The notes below the pieces were generated by a model. It saw nothing but the letters and a program-made list of their open reading frames with translations. It was not told the origin of the DNA and did no database searches. Positions 39,311-48,137 of a stretch of DNA of 64,000 bases are shown here, piece after piece. This DNA is from Promineifilum sp. Its GTDB lineage: Bacteria; Chloroflexota; Anaerolineae; Promineifilales; Promineifilaceae. Location of the stretch: assembly GCA_017983515.1 (NCBI GenBank), contig JAGOBF010000012.1:43105-107104 (forward strand), given 5' to 3'. A program made the translations under genes and the position numbers. The stretch's first letter is position 1. The number at the start of each line of letters is the position of its first letter.

Positions 39311-39699
39311 TTGAAGGAGGCGACAGCCTGGGAATTGGTATCGAAGATGTCGAGGAAGATGTCATACCCGGCGGTGCTTAGCGCCTTCAACCCGTTCTTG
39401 GTCGGTTTCACCAGTTTAAGGTGAGGTGACTTGTAGGTGTCGCGAGCGATGCCTCGGGCCGCTTGGGCCTCATCGACGGGATCGGCGCTGCGCAGCGTCA
39501 TGTAGACTATATGAATGGCTCGTAATCCGGCGCTACTGATGTAGGGGACGTGGCTGAGGTCGAGCACGATGTCGCGCACGCCGTCCTGGAAAACGGATTG
39601 CGTCTTGCGCACCAACTCGTCTTCGGAGGTCAAATCACCTTTCAATTGCAGAATGGTGACCGGAACGAGTCCCGTTTCGTGCCAACTGTTGATTTCCAT
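39307..39699 (-). CDS. STAS-domain anti-sigma factor antagonist (RsbV/SpoIIAA-like)
   Basis: LKGDL, VLDLSHVPYISSAGL with phosphoacceptor Ser. Confidence 0.88.
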   Translation of the reverse strand: MEINSWHETGLVPVTILQLKGDLTSEDELVRKTQSVFQDGVRDIVLDLSHVPYISSAGLRAIHIVYMTLRSADPVDEAQAARGIARDTYKSPHLKLVKPTKNGLKALSTAGYDIFLDIFDTNSQAVASFK

Positions 39700-39748
39700 G
39701 TTAACCGCCTCCAGTTGCTGTGGTTAAACCGATTTCCGAGTGCTCTAT

Positions 39749-39777
39749 ATAGTACCTAGCCAGCGGGCTGTGGTCAA
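39749..39777 (-). promoter_or_regulatory. Putative promoter of the STAS-RsbW-PP2C unit
   Basis: Minus strand TTGACC-17 nt-TACTAT. Confidence 0.65.
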
Positions 39778-39801
39778 CGGCGATTGGGTTCACATTTTCT
39801 A

Positions 39802-40713
39802 TTAGCTGTCTTGCTCGTTCCCGATGGGCTTGGTCCAAGCTATATTGCGGTCTAGTTCGCTAAACCCGGCTGCCTCGTACAATGCTCTGGCGGCCGTATT
39901 ATCAAGCCCGGTCTGAACGCTGGCGATTTGCGCGCCGTATGAGGCCAGCCGGCGCACGCCTTCGGCTATCAAGGCCCGGCCGAGACCCCGCCGGCGATGA
40001 TCAGCGGCGACGCCCAGCGGCTCAAAAACACCGACGTGATTAGTCTCATCCAGCCAGATTTGAGTGAATGCGGCGTAGCTGTCGTCCGGAGCGACGATGA
40101 CCAGATCCAGTTCCGGCCGATAGGTGGGTGAAGCCTGAACGGCGCGCGTCTTGGCCTCAGTCATGAAGGTGGACCCGAAGGCGGCGCGCTGCACGGCCGT
40201 GCGCCGCTCGACGTTGGCTTCCCCACGAACGTGATCGAAGGTATAGCCCGGGGGCAGGGGGAGAGCGTCAGGTGGTCTCTCGATCGCCTGGGTATATAGC
40301 ACCAGGCCCTGGTCAGTGCGCCGATAGCCTCTGGCGTCCAGGGTCGCGTTGCGAACGGCATCGCCCGTAAAACCCCAGGCGCGCATTGGTTTTTCCGGGA
40401 ACTCGCCCTGCCGTTGCCGATATTCCAGCTCGGCCCAGGCCAGCGTCTCGTCGTGGAGCAGGGGATAATCGGGATGGACGACGATGTCGACCTGATCATC
40501 TACCGGCCAGGCCCAGGCGACTAGTCTCTCGGCGTCGAACCAGAGGTGAGTCGCGTAAACCGCCTGCGGATCGTCATCGGAGCTGCACCACCAGTCGATA
40601 TCGCCGATGGTGGCATAGACGGGCAATCCGACGCGGCCGAGGATTTCGACCAGCAAGCGACGCATGTGGCCGTAGTCGTCCTCGGATTGATAGGACCGAT
40701 GATGCAGGTTCAA
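39802..40713 (-). CDS. GNAT family N-acetyltransferase
   Basis: FEPLGVAADHRRRGLGRAL, NTAARALYEAAGF. Confidence 0.88.
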   Translation of the reverse strand: MNLHHRSYQSEDDYGHMRRLLVEILGRVGLPVYATIGDIDWWCSSDDDPQAVYATHLWFDAERLVAWAWPVDDQVDIVVHPDYPLLHDETLAWAELEYRQRQGEFPEKPMRAWGFTGDAVRNATLDARGYRRTDQGLVLYTQAIERPPDALPLPPGYTFDHVRGEANVERRTAVQRAAFGSTFMTEAKTRAVQASPTYRPELDLVIVAPDDSYAAFTQIWLDETNHVGVFEPLGVAADHRRRGLGRALIAEGVRRLASYGAQIASVQTGLDNTAARALYEAAGFSELDRNIAWTKPIGNEQDS

Positions 40714-40723
40714 TGGTTCCTCG

Positions 40724-41167
40724 TCAGTTCAGTTTATCGGCTACCGCATCGTAATCGTAGGTTGTCACTTCCAGCAGATGGCCGTAGGGGTCATGGAAAT
40801 AGATCGACCAGGACAACTGGTGGTCGACAACCTGATCAGGCGTCAATTTTTGGCCCGCGCGATTCACGATGTGAATCTGGCCGAGGCGCGCCAGGAAGTC
40901 GAGGAACCCCTCGCCGTCGACGCGGAAGGCCACCCGATGAAATCCGGCCGTCGGCCGCTCGCCCCGCGGCTCACCGCGAAACAAGGCCAGCATGGTGCCG
41001 GCCGATTGGCTGGCGATCATCAATGGCCCATCGCTCGCCCACTTTTCATAGTCGGCCACGATCTCCAGGCCGAGCGTGCGTTGATACCAGGCAGCGGCTT
41101 CATATTGATCGGGGACAAAGAACTCAACATGGTCGATCTGGATGACTCGAAAGGGTTTATCGCTCAT
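40724..41167 (-). CDS. VOC/glyoxalase family protein
   Basis: IDHVEF, WYQRTLGL, HRVAFRV, YFHDPYGHLLEV. Confidence 0.88.
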   Translation of the reverse strand: MSDKPFRVIQIDHVEFFVPDQYEAAAWYQRTLGLEIVADYEKWASDGPLMIASQSAGTMLALFRGEPRGERPTAGFHRVAFRVDGEGFLDFLARLGQIHIVNRAGQKLTPDQVVDHQLSWSIYFHDPYGHLLEVTTYDYDAVADKLN

Positions 41168-41170
41168 GAA

Positions 41171-42001
41171 TTAATCTCCCGTATTCTGAGACTGGGCGGC
41201 CATATGGAGGATGATTGCCGCCGCGGCATTGACCGAATAAGAATCCACGCCCTCGCGCATGGGAATAGTCAGGTTAAAGTCGAGCGCTGCCTGCACCTCA
41301 GCCGGCAGCCCTTCGGCCTCGTTGCCCATGAGAATCGCTGTGACGCTATCCGGCCAGGCCATCCGCGAGAGAACGAGTCCGCCGGTTGCCGCCGTGCCGA
41401 CAAGCGTAACGCCGCAGGCCGCCAGATCTCGCAGGAATGAGCCGACCGAATCATATTCCACCACGGGCAGCTTGAAGATGCTGCCCCGGCTGATTCGCGT
41501 CGCCCGTGGATGATAGGGGTCGCTGGCCCCCACGGCCAGAAGCGCCGCCGCGCCGGCGGCATGGGCCGTGCGCGTCAGCGCGCCGACGTTGCCGGGGTCG
41601 ACAATATCCACGGCGGCCAACAGTAGTGGCAGACCTGCGTGTCCAGCCGGCTGGGATGAAAGCGTCTCGGCCAACAGCCGGGGCGCCGGCAATCGGACCA
41701 ACCCCAAGATCGGCCCCAGATCGCGCCCATCAGTCAACTCGGCCAGCACGCTGTCGGGCGCAACGGTCACCGGGCAGCCGGCGGCCGACAGCGCCGCGAG
41801 CAGCTCGCGCCAGCGCGAGTCCGTGCTCTGGGCCAGACGGTCGGCCACGAGAACCGCTTCCAGCGGCGCGCCGGCCCGCACGGCCCTTTCCAGCAGTCGC
41901 GTGCCTTCGATAGAGAAAAGACCGGCGCGACGACGGCCGCGTGGGCTATGGACGCGACGAATCATGGCGGTCAGGCTGGACAGGGTGCGATAGGTGGTCA
42001 T
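41171..42001 (-). CDS. TrmH/SpoU family RNA methyltransferase
   Basis: DPGNVGALTRTA, GNEAEGL, IPM.GVDSYSVNAA. Confidence 0.9.
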   Translation of the reverse strand: MTTYRTLSSLTAMIRRVHSPRGRRRAGLFSIEGTRLLERAVRAGAPLEAVLVADRLAQSTDSRWRELLAALSAAGCPVTVAPDSVLAELTDGRDLGPILGLVRLPAPRLLAETLSSQPAGHAGLPLLLAAVDIVDPGNVGALTRTAHAAGAAALLAVGASDPYHPRATRISRGSIFKLPVVEYDSVGSFLRDLAACGVTLVGTAATGGLVLSRMAWPDSVTAILMGNEAEGLPAEVQAALDFNLTIPMREGVDSYSVNAAAAIILHMAAQSQNTGD

Positions 42002-42094
42002 GAGTAGCCGGCCGATTTTACTCGCCGTGGCTTTAATTTGCTAAACTCGCCCGCGGCGAAGTAAGAACAGGGACGGATGAGACATCTGAACAGG

Positions 42095-42126
42095 AGAACC
42101 GGGTTCTCAGGCGAGACCCGGTTTCT
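42095..42126. repeat. REP-like palindrome of AGAAACCGG family
   Basis: AGAACCGGGTTCTC-AGGC-GAGACCCGGTTTCT. Confidence 0.65.
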
Positions 42127-42148
42127 AAATTTAGCGGGAGATAGTGAA

Positions 42149-43027
42149 GTGAAAGATTACATGCATCTGGCAATGGCTAGTAAGGAAGGCGTTCGCGGCT
42201 ATGCGGCGGCGACGACCGAATTGGTGGAGGCGGCGCGTTTGCGCCAAAACTTAGGCCCGACAGCGACGGTAGTCCTCGGCCGTGCCCTGACGGCGGCGGT
42301 GCTGATGAGCGGCCTGCTGAAGGTCGGCCAGCGCGTGGCTCTCAAGTGGGAGGGCAACGGTCCGCTGCGCAAGATCGTCGTCGAAGCCGATGCTAAGGGA
42401 CGGGTGCGCGGCTACGTGGGTGAACCTGATGTCGATCTGCCGTTTAAGGGAGATGAGGCCGACGTGCCGTCGGCTATTGGCGCGGCAGGTTTACTGACCG
42501 TGGTGCGCGACTTGCGCCTGCCCGAGTTGGCGACGGGCGTCGTCCATCTCGTCGACAGCAATATTAGCGATGATCTCGCCTATTTTCTGGAGCAGTCGGA
42601 TCAAGTTCCGTCGGCGGTGGAGATCGGTGTGACGCTCAACGAGGACGGCACGGTGGCCGAAGCCGGTGGGATTCTTATCCAGCCATTTCCGCCCTACGAG
42701 CCGGACATCGTACAACGATTGAAGGAGCGGTTGCAGGAGATGCCGCCCATCGTGTCGCTGCTGGCGGCCGGACAGAAGCCGGAGACGATTCTGGACGAGG
42801 TGTTCACCGGCATCAACCATAAGTTGCTGTCCAAGTACCCGGTGCGCTACGAGTGCAATTGTACGCGCGAGCAGACGAAGGCGATGTTGACCTCGCTGGG
42901 CCGGGAGGATATTCAGAATATCCTGGATACCGAGGGCGAGGCGACCGTCAATTGCCAGTTTTGTCAGGAGGAGTACGTGTTTGGCCGCGAGGATCTGGAG
43001 GAGATTCTGGATTCGATGGCAGAGTAA
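42149..43027 (+). CDS. hslO: Redox-regulated chaperone Hsp33
   Basis: LGRALTA, GNGPL, SDQVPS, AGGILIQ, zinc site CNC...CQFC; GGGAG before GTG 42149. Confidence 0.94.
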   Translation: MKDYMHLAMASKEGVRGYAAATTELVEAARLRQNLGPTATVVLGRALTAAVLMSGLLKVGQRVALKWEGNGPLRKIVVEADAKGRVRGYVGEPDVDLPFKGDEADVPSAIGAAGLLTVVRDLRLPELATGVVHLVDSNISDDLAYFLEQSDQVPSAVEIGVTLNEDGTVAEAGGILIQPFPPYEPDIVQRLKERLQEMPPIVSLLAAGQKPETILDEVFTGINHKLLSKYPVRYECNCTREQTKAMLTSLGREDIQNILDTEGEATVNCQFCQEEYVFGREDLEEILDSMAE

Positions 43028-43090
43028 GGACGTTGGGGATGGTCCAGATCGCATGAAGGCATTGATTGCCGGCTAAGAAACCGGCGTTAC

Positions 43091-43124
43091 AAAAAACCGC
43101 ATGGTGCGTCACCATGCGGTTTTT
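43091..43124. terminator. Bidirectional intrinsic terminator between hslO and tRNA-Pro
   Basis: AAAAAACCGCATGGTG-CGT-CACCATGCGGTTTTT. Confidence 0.88.
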
Positions 43125-43129
43125 GTCTG

Positions 43130-43203
43130 TCGGGGTGGCCGGACTCGAACCGGCGGCCTCTTCGACCCGAACGAAGCGCGCTACCAGGCTGCGCCACACC
43201 CCG
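43130..43203 (-). tRNA. tRNA-Pro (anticodon CGG), CCA not encoded
   Basis: CGGGGTG acceptor/CACCCCG-A, anticodon arm CTTCG-TTCGGGT-CGAAG, T arm GCCGG-TTCGAGT-CCGGC. Confidence 0.96.
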
Positions 43204-43360
43204 AACATCGCTGATTATACGCGCGGTTAAGATAAGTGACAAGTGGCTGATAACAGGTTGCCGGCCCCTATTGCTCTGACGGGTTATTAGTGGCAGGCGT
43301 GGTACAATTGAGCCTTGCGGCTGCCGGCCGTGTATGTAGTCGTAATCAAGGACAACGCGG

Positions 43361-44434
43361 TTGAAATCGAGAAACTTGCGATTGCTCATCGGCGTTATGA
43401 TTAGCGCCGTTTTTATTTGGCTAGCCTTGCGTGGGTTGCACCTGCCAGATGTCTGGGCCAGTCTGCGCACGGCCGACTACTGGTGGCTGATTCCCAGTGT
43501 CGCCGTCTACTTTCTGGCCGTTTGGGCCAGAACGTGGCGTTGGGACTATTTGTTGCGGCCGATGAAGCAAATTCCCTTGCGCCGATTGTTTCCCGTGGTC
43601 GTCATCGGCTACATGGGCAATAACGTCTATCCCTTCCGGGCGGGCGAGTTACTGCGGTCCTTCGTTCTGCGCCAACAAGAGGACGTCGCCATAAGTAGCA
43701 GCCTGGCGACCATCGTCGTCGAGCGCGTCTTCGATGGCCTGGTCATGCTGATGTTCGTCTTCGTCGCCCTGCCATTCGCGCCGCTGCCCAGTGATGCTAT
43801 CCGCTTTGTGGTCATCATCGGCAGCGGCGTCTTTCTGAGCGCGCTGCTGGTTTTCTTCGCGGTGGCCGCCGTTCCCGCCCGCTTCCTGCAATTGACCGAG
43901 TGGTTCGCCAACCGCCTGGTGCCGGAGCGGTTTCGTGCCTCGATCATGGATTTCGCACACCGCTTTGTCGTAGGGTTGTCCGCGCTGCGCAGTGGGCGCG
44001 GCTTGGTGATGATCTTCCTGACCTCGGTTGTCATCTGGTTGCTGGAGACGGTAAAGTACTGGTTCGTGATGCACGCTTTTGATTTCACCGTATCGTTCTT
44101 CGCCTTGATGTTGATGAACGGCGTGGTCAATCTGGCAACGACATTGCCGTCGGCTCCCGGCTATATCGGCACGTTCGACGGGCCGGGCATTGCCGTGCTG
44201 TCGCTCTACGGCGTCGACCCGGCCACGGCCACGGCCTACACCCTGACTCTCCATGCGGCGCTCTGGCTGCCGATCACGCTGCTGGGCGTCTACTATATGC
44301 TCCGCACCGAAATGGGTTGGGCCGACATCGGCCGCGCGGTCGATGCCGGGCGAGGAGCCGCTGATGAGCAAGCCGTTGTCATCGATCCGGCTGCCGAAGA
44401 CGTCATCAATCGGGAAGACGAGGTGCGCGCGTGA
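43361..44434 (+). CDS. LPG-synthase TM domain / flippase-like membrane protein
   Basis: RTWRW, GYMGNNVYPFRAGELLR, ERVFDG, LPSAPGYIG. Confidence 0.85.
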   Translation: MKSRNLRLLIGVMISAVFIWLALRGLHLPDVWASLRTADYWWLIPSVAVYFLAVWARTWRWDYLLRPMKQIPLRRLFPVVVIGYMGNNVYPFRAGELLRSFVLRQQEDVAISSSLATIVVERVFDGLVMLMFVFVALPFAPLPSDAIRFVVIIGSGVFLSALLVFFAVAAVPARFLQLTEWFANRLVPERFRASIMDFAHRFVVGLSALRSGRGLVMIFLTSVVIWLLETVKYWFVMHAFDFTVSFFALMLMNGVVNLATTLPSAPGYIGTFDGPGIAVLSLYGVDPATATAYTLTLHAALWLPITLLGVYYMLRTEMGWADIGRAVDAGRGAADEQAVVIDPAAEDVINREDEVRA

Positions 44435-45777
44435 AATTTGCTGTCATTGGGGCGGGTATCGCCGGCCTGTCGGCCGCCTACGATCTTCTAAAGGCCGGCC
44501 ATGCTGTGACCCTGCTGGAAGGCGACAGCCGCACCGGTGGCCTGGCGACCGGCTTTCGGGACGAGCGCTGGGAGTGGCCGCTGGAGAAGTTCTACCACCA
44601 TCTTTTCACCTCCGACAGCGCGATCATCGGGCTGGTGGAAGAGATTGGCCTTAATGACAAGTTGTTCTTTCCACGGCCCATCACCTCGGTCATCTATCAG
44701 GATCGCATCGTCCCCTTCGATTCGCCCAAGCGGTGGATTACCTTTCCTGGCTTCAACATGCTGGACGTGGCCCGCTTCGGCACGGTCAGCGCCTACTTGC
44801 GGTTCACGAAGCCGTGGCGAAGGCTGGAGCAACATCTGGCCGATGACTGGCTGCGGCGCTATTACGGCGACAAGGTCTACGAGTTGATCTGGCGGCCGAT
44901 GCTCATCGGTAAGTTCGGGCCTTATTACCGCGACGTCAACATGGCCTGGATGTGGGCCCGCCTCCACGTGCGCAGCCCAAGGCTCGGCTATTTCGAGGGC
45001 GGCTTTCAGGCCTTCATCGACCGTCTGACCGACGTGGTGCGCGATTTGGGCGGCGAAATACGCTTGAATTGCCCGGCCGAGAATATCCGGCAAGTGAATG
45101 GCGGAGGCGTTGAGGTGACGGCCGGGGCCGCGACCGAGACGTATGATGCCGGGGTGGTTACCACGTCGCCCGGCCTGTTGGCCCGCCTGGCGCCCGATTT
45201 GGCCGGCGACTATCTGGGGCAGCTTCTGAAGTTGGACAGCATGGGCGCGGTGGTGCTGACGTTGGCCCTGAAACACTCCCTGCTGGGCGAGAGCGGCACG
45301 TACTGGCTCAATATCCCGGCCACCTCGCCCGACAAGGTGGGGGGTGTGCCGTTCCTGGCTTTGGTCGAACACACCAACTACATCGACCGCTCCCATTACG
45401 GCGGCGACCACATCATTTACTGTGGCGATTACGTGCCGCCCGATCACCCCTATCTGACGATGAGCCAGGAAGAACTGGAAAAACTATTCATCGGCGTGCT
45501 CCACCGATTCAATCCGGATTTCCGGCCGGATTGGGTGCGCAAGAGTTGGCTCTTTCGGGCGCGTTATGCTCAGCCGGTGCCCAAGCTCAATCATTCGCGG
45601 GCTATCCCCGATCTGCGCACGCCGATGGCGGGCCTCTATTTCGCCAGCATGAGCCAGGTCTATCCCTGGGATCGCGGGACTAATTTTGCTGTCGATATAG
45701 GACGGCGCGTAGCCCGGCTGGCACTCGACGATATCGCCGCCAACAAACTGACGTCCCGTATGGATTTCGCGGAGTAA
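44431..45777 (+). CDS. FAD-dependent oxidoreductase (amine-oxidase/protoporphyrinogen-oxidase-like)
   Basis: GAGIAGL dinucleotide fold, EKFYHH, LGYFEGG, YPWDRGTN. Confidence 0.85.
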   Translation: MKFAVIGAGIAGLSAAYDLLKAGHAVTLLEGDSRTGGLATGFRDERWEWPLEKFYHHLFTSDSAIIGLVEEIGLNDKLFFPRPITSVIYQDRIVPFDSPKRWITFPGFNMLDVARFGTVSAYLRFTKPWRRLEQHLADDWLRRYYGDKVYELIWRPMLIGKFGPYYRDVNMAWMWARLHVRSPRLGYFEGGFQAFIDRLTDVVRDLGGEIRLNCPAENIRQVNGGGVEVTAGAATETYDAGVVTTSPGLLARLAPDLAGDYLGQLLKLDSMGAVVLTLALKHSLLGESGTYWLNIPATSPDKVGGVPFLALVEHTNYIDRSHYGGDHIIYCGDYVPPDHPYLTMSQEELEKLFIGVLHRFNPDFRPDWVRKSWLFRARYAQPVPKLNHSRAIPDLRTPMAGLYFASMSQVYPWDRGTNFAVDIGRRVARLALDDIAANKLTSRMDFAE

Positions 45778-45807
45778 ACAAAGTCTGTTCATCAGGTAGC
45801 GGGGCTT

Positions 45808-45836
45808 GAAGTGCGTGTCGGAGCGCGTTAGAATAT
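45808..45836 (+). promoter_or_regulatory. Putative promoter of ugd
   Basis: TTGAAG-17 nt-TAGAAT. Confidence 0.55.
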
Positions 45837-45965
45837 AAATTGTAGACGGTGCCCAGGGGACTTTTTGGCATGAGATTCAAACCATGACTGTCGCCATCGA
45901 GTGCACGGCAGTGGAATGGTGTTTCCAATCATCCCTGGGATAAGCCGGCGTAAGGAGCATGGAAG

Positions 45966-47408
45966 ATGAAAATCGTTGTGATCGGCACCGGATATGTGGG
46001 CTTGCCCCATGCGGCCGTTCTTTCTGAATATGGGCATGAAGTTCACGCCTATGATATCGATGAGACGCGCATCGCCGCTTATCAGTCAGGCGACGCCAAT
46101 AATATAGAGCGGTATGTCAATGAGCCGGGGTTGGCCGACATTGTCGCCGAAAATGTCAACCGATACCTGTATTTCACGACCGACATCTCGACCGTGGTCG
46201 AGGATACGGACGTGTTCTTTCTGTGTATCAACACACCACCGAACCGGGACGGTTCGACCGATATGTCCTACTATCTGGCCGCCATTCACCACTTGGGGGG
46301 GCTGCTGGCACAGCGGGTCGGCAAACGACGCGTCGTTCTGGTGAACAAGAGCACGGTTCCCATCGGTACGGCGCGGGAGCTGGAAGCGGTCATGATCGAC
46401 CACGGCGTCAAGAACTTCGGCGTCGCCTCGAATCCGGAATTCCTGGCCCAGGGTAGCGCCATCGAAGGATCGCGCCGGCCCGATCGCATCGTCATCGGCG
46501 CCGACACGAGCGAGGACATGCAGATCCTGCGCCGCGTCTATTCGCAATTCGTCAATCACGTGCGCATCCGTTATCTGGAGACGACGCCGGAGACGGCCGA
46601 GGCCATTAAGTACGTCAGCAATACTCTGCTGTTGACCTATATCTCCTTCTGGAACGGCGTTGGGGCGCGGCTGGCCGAGGCGGTGCCAAATATCCGCATG
46701 GAAGACCTGAAGATCGGCGTCACCGCCGACGCGCGCATCAGCACGTGGGGTTCGTACGTCAGCAACGGCGCGGGCGGCAGCTGCTTCGGCAAGGACATTC
46801 AGTCGCTTATCTACCAACTCAATCGCGCCGGCCGCCCCACCGACTTGCTCCGCGCGGTGTACAGCATCAACGAGTATCAGAAAGTTTACCTGATCGACCG
46901 GGCGATCCATGAAGCCCAATTCAATTTCAACCATAAATCCGTGGCCTTGCTGGGTTTGTCGTTCAAGAAGCGGACGAACGACATGCGCGACTCGGCCGCG
47001 TTGCGCGTGGCCGAGTCGCTTCTTTCGCGAGGGGTGGGCGCGGTTCGCGCCTATGATCCGCTGGCTATGGACGAAGCCCGCCGCAACTGGTTTAACCCGG
47101 ACAAGAACCATCTGTTTGAGCGCATTACCTACCATGAATCGGCTGTCGAGGCAATGCAGGGGAGCGATGCCCTGTACATTTCCACCGACTGGGAAGAGTT
47201 CCGCGGTCTGACCCGGACGATTGAAACGACGGTTAAGCCGCCCTATCTGGTGATGGACGGCCGGCGCATGTTGCCCGATTACGAGATGTTAGTAGCCGCC
47301 GGCTACGATTACTTGCCCGTGGGTGGTTTGCTCATGCGCGGCCAGGGCAGTCCGGACAGCAGCCGTCGCGAAGCGAAGGGCGCGATCATGCAGCCGGCTC
47401 TGGCCTGA
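45966..47408 (+). CDS. ugd: UDP-glucose/GDP-mannose 6-dehydrogenase family
   Basis: GTGYVG, KSTVPIG, SNPEFL, GGSCFGKD (catalytic Cys), GLSFK..TNDMR. Confidence 0.9.
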   Translation: MKIVVIGTGYVGLPHAAVLSEYGHEVHAYDIDETRIAAYQSGDANNIERYVNEPGLADIVAENVNRYLYFTTDISTVVEDTDVFFLCINTPPNRDGSTDMSYYLAAIHHLGGLLAQRVGKRRVVLVNKSTVPIGTARELEAVMIDHGVKNFGVASNPEFLAQGSAIEGSRRPDRIVIGADTSEDMQILRRVYSQFVNHVRIRYLETTPETAEAIKYVSNTLLLTYISFWNGVGARLAEAVPNIRMEDLKIGVTADARISTWGSYVSNGAGGSCFGKDIQSLIYQLNRAGRPTDLLRAVYSINEYQKVYLIDRAIHEAQFNFNHKSVALLGLSFKKRTNDMRDSAALRVAESLLSRGVGAVRAYDPLAMDEARRNWFNPDKNHLFERITYHESAVEAMQGSDALYISTDWEEFRGLTRTIETTVKPPYLVMDGRRMLPDYEMLVAAGYDYLPVGGLLMRGQGSPDSSRREAKGAIMQPALA

Positions 47409-47569
47409 ACTGGGGGGCCGTCGTCCCCCACGCTTGGAAGAAGCATGGATTGTGGGGTGCGTGGGGGATGGGCTTTACAGTCTTGACGTTTGGGGTATAC
47501 TAGAGCTTTAATCTTGCAAGAAAACTTTGCCGCTGAGGTCAGCGGTTTTTCAGTTGTTAAAAGGGACGT

Positions 47570-48055
47570 ATGTTGTCGAAAAAACCCACGCTTTTGACCC
47601 ATGAAGGTCTGGCGCGCTTAAGCAAAGAGTTGGAACACTTGCGGACTGTCGGCCGCGAGGAAGTGGCCGAGCGTTTACATCAGGCTTTTGAAGACGGCCA
47701 GGATGATGACTTCGTTGATAATGCCGAATTGGAAGCCTCGCGCAATGCCCAGGCGTTCCTGGAAGGCCGCATCCAGGAACTGGACGAAATTCTGAATAAC
47801 TACCAGATTATCGATGAGGATATGGCCCCCCACGACCGCGTCAAGCTGGGCGACTGGGTGACCGTTGCCGAAGTCGGATCGGACGAAAATGAACGCTACC
47901 AGTTGGTCGGCCCACAGGAAGCCGATCCGGTTGCCGGCCGCATCTCCAACGAAAGCCCGTTGGGCAAGGTGCTTGTCGGCGTTAAGGTGGGCGAAGTGGT
48001 GCGCGTCAATGCCCCACGGGGCATCACCGAATTCCGGGTGGTTCAGGTAGAGTAG
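47570..48055 (+). CDS. greA: Transcription elongation factor GreA family
   Basis: LTHEGL..L.KELEHL, NAE, ISNESPLGKVL, VNAPRG; greA-lysS synteny. Confidence 0.9.
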   Translation: MLSKKPTLLTHEGLARLSKELEHLRTVGREEVAERLHQAFEDGQDDDFVDNAELEASRNAQAFLEGRIQELDEILNNYQIIDEDMAPHDRVKLGDWVTVAEVGSDENERYQLVGPQEADPVAGRISNESPLGKVLVGVKVGEVVRVNAPRGITEFRVVQVE

Positions 48056-48084
48056 ACGACGCCATTCTTTATAGTGATCAACAC

Positions 48085-48125
48085 GCCCGTGGTGCGCCTC
48101 TTGTGGCGCCCACGGGCTTTTTTTT
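48085..48125 (+). terminator. Intrinsic terminator between greA and lysS
   Basis: GCCCGTGG-TGCGCC-loop-GGCGC-CCACGGGC then T8. Confidence 0.78.
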
Positions 48126-48137
48126 CGGAGTAGCGCG

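Noticed and set aside
48056-48137. T-box upstream of lysS
   Set aside because: Gap is only ~80 nt and lacks the TGGNACC T-box bulge and stem I
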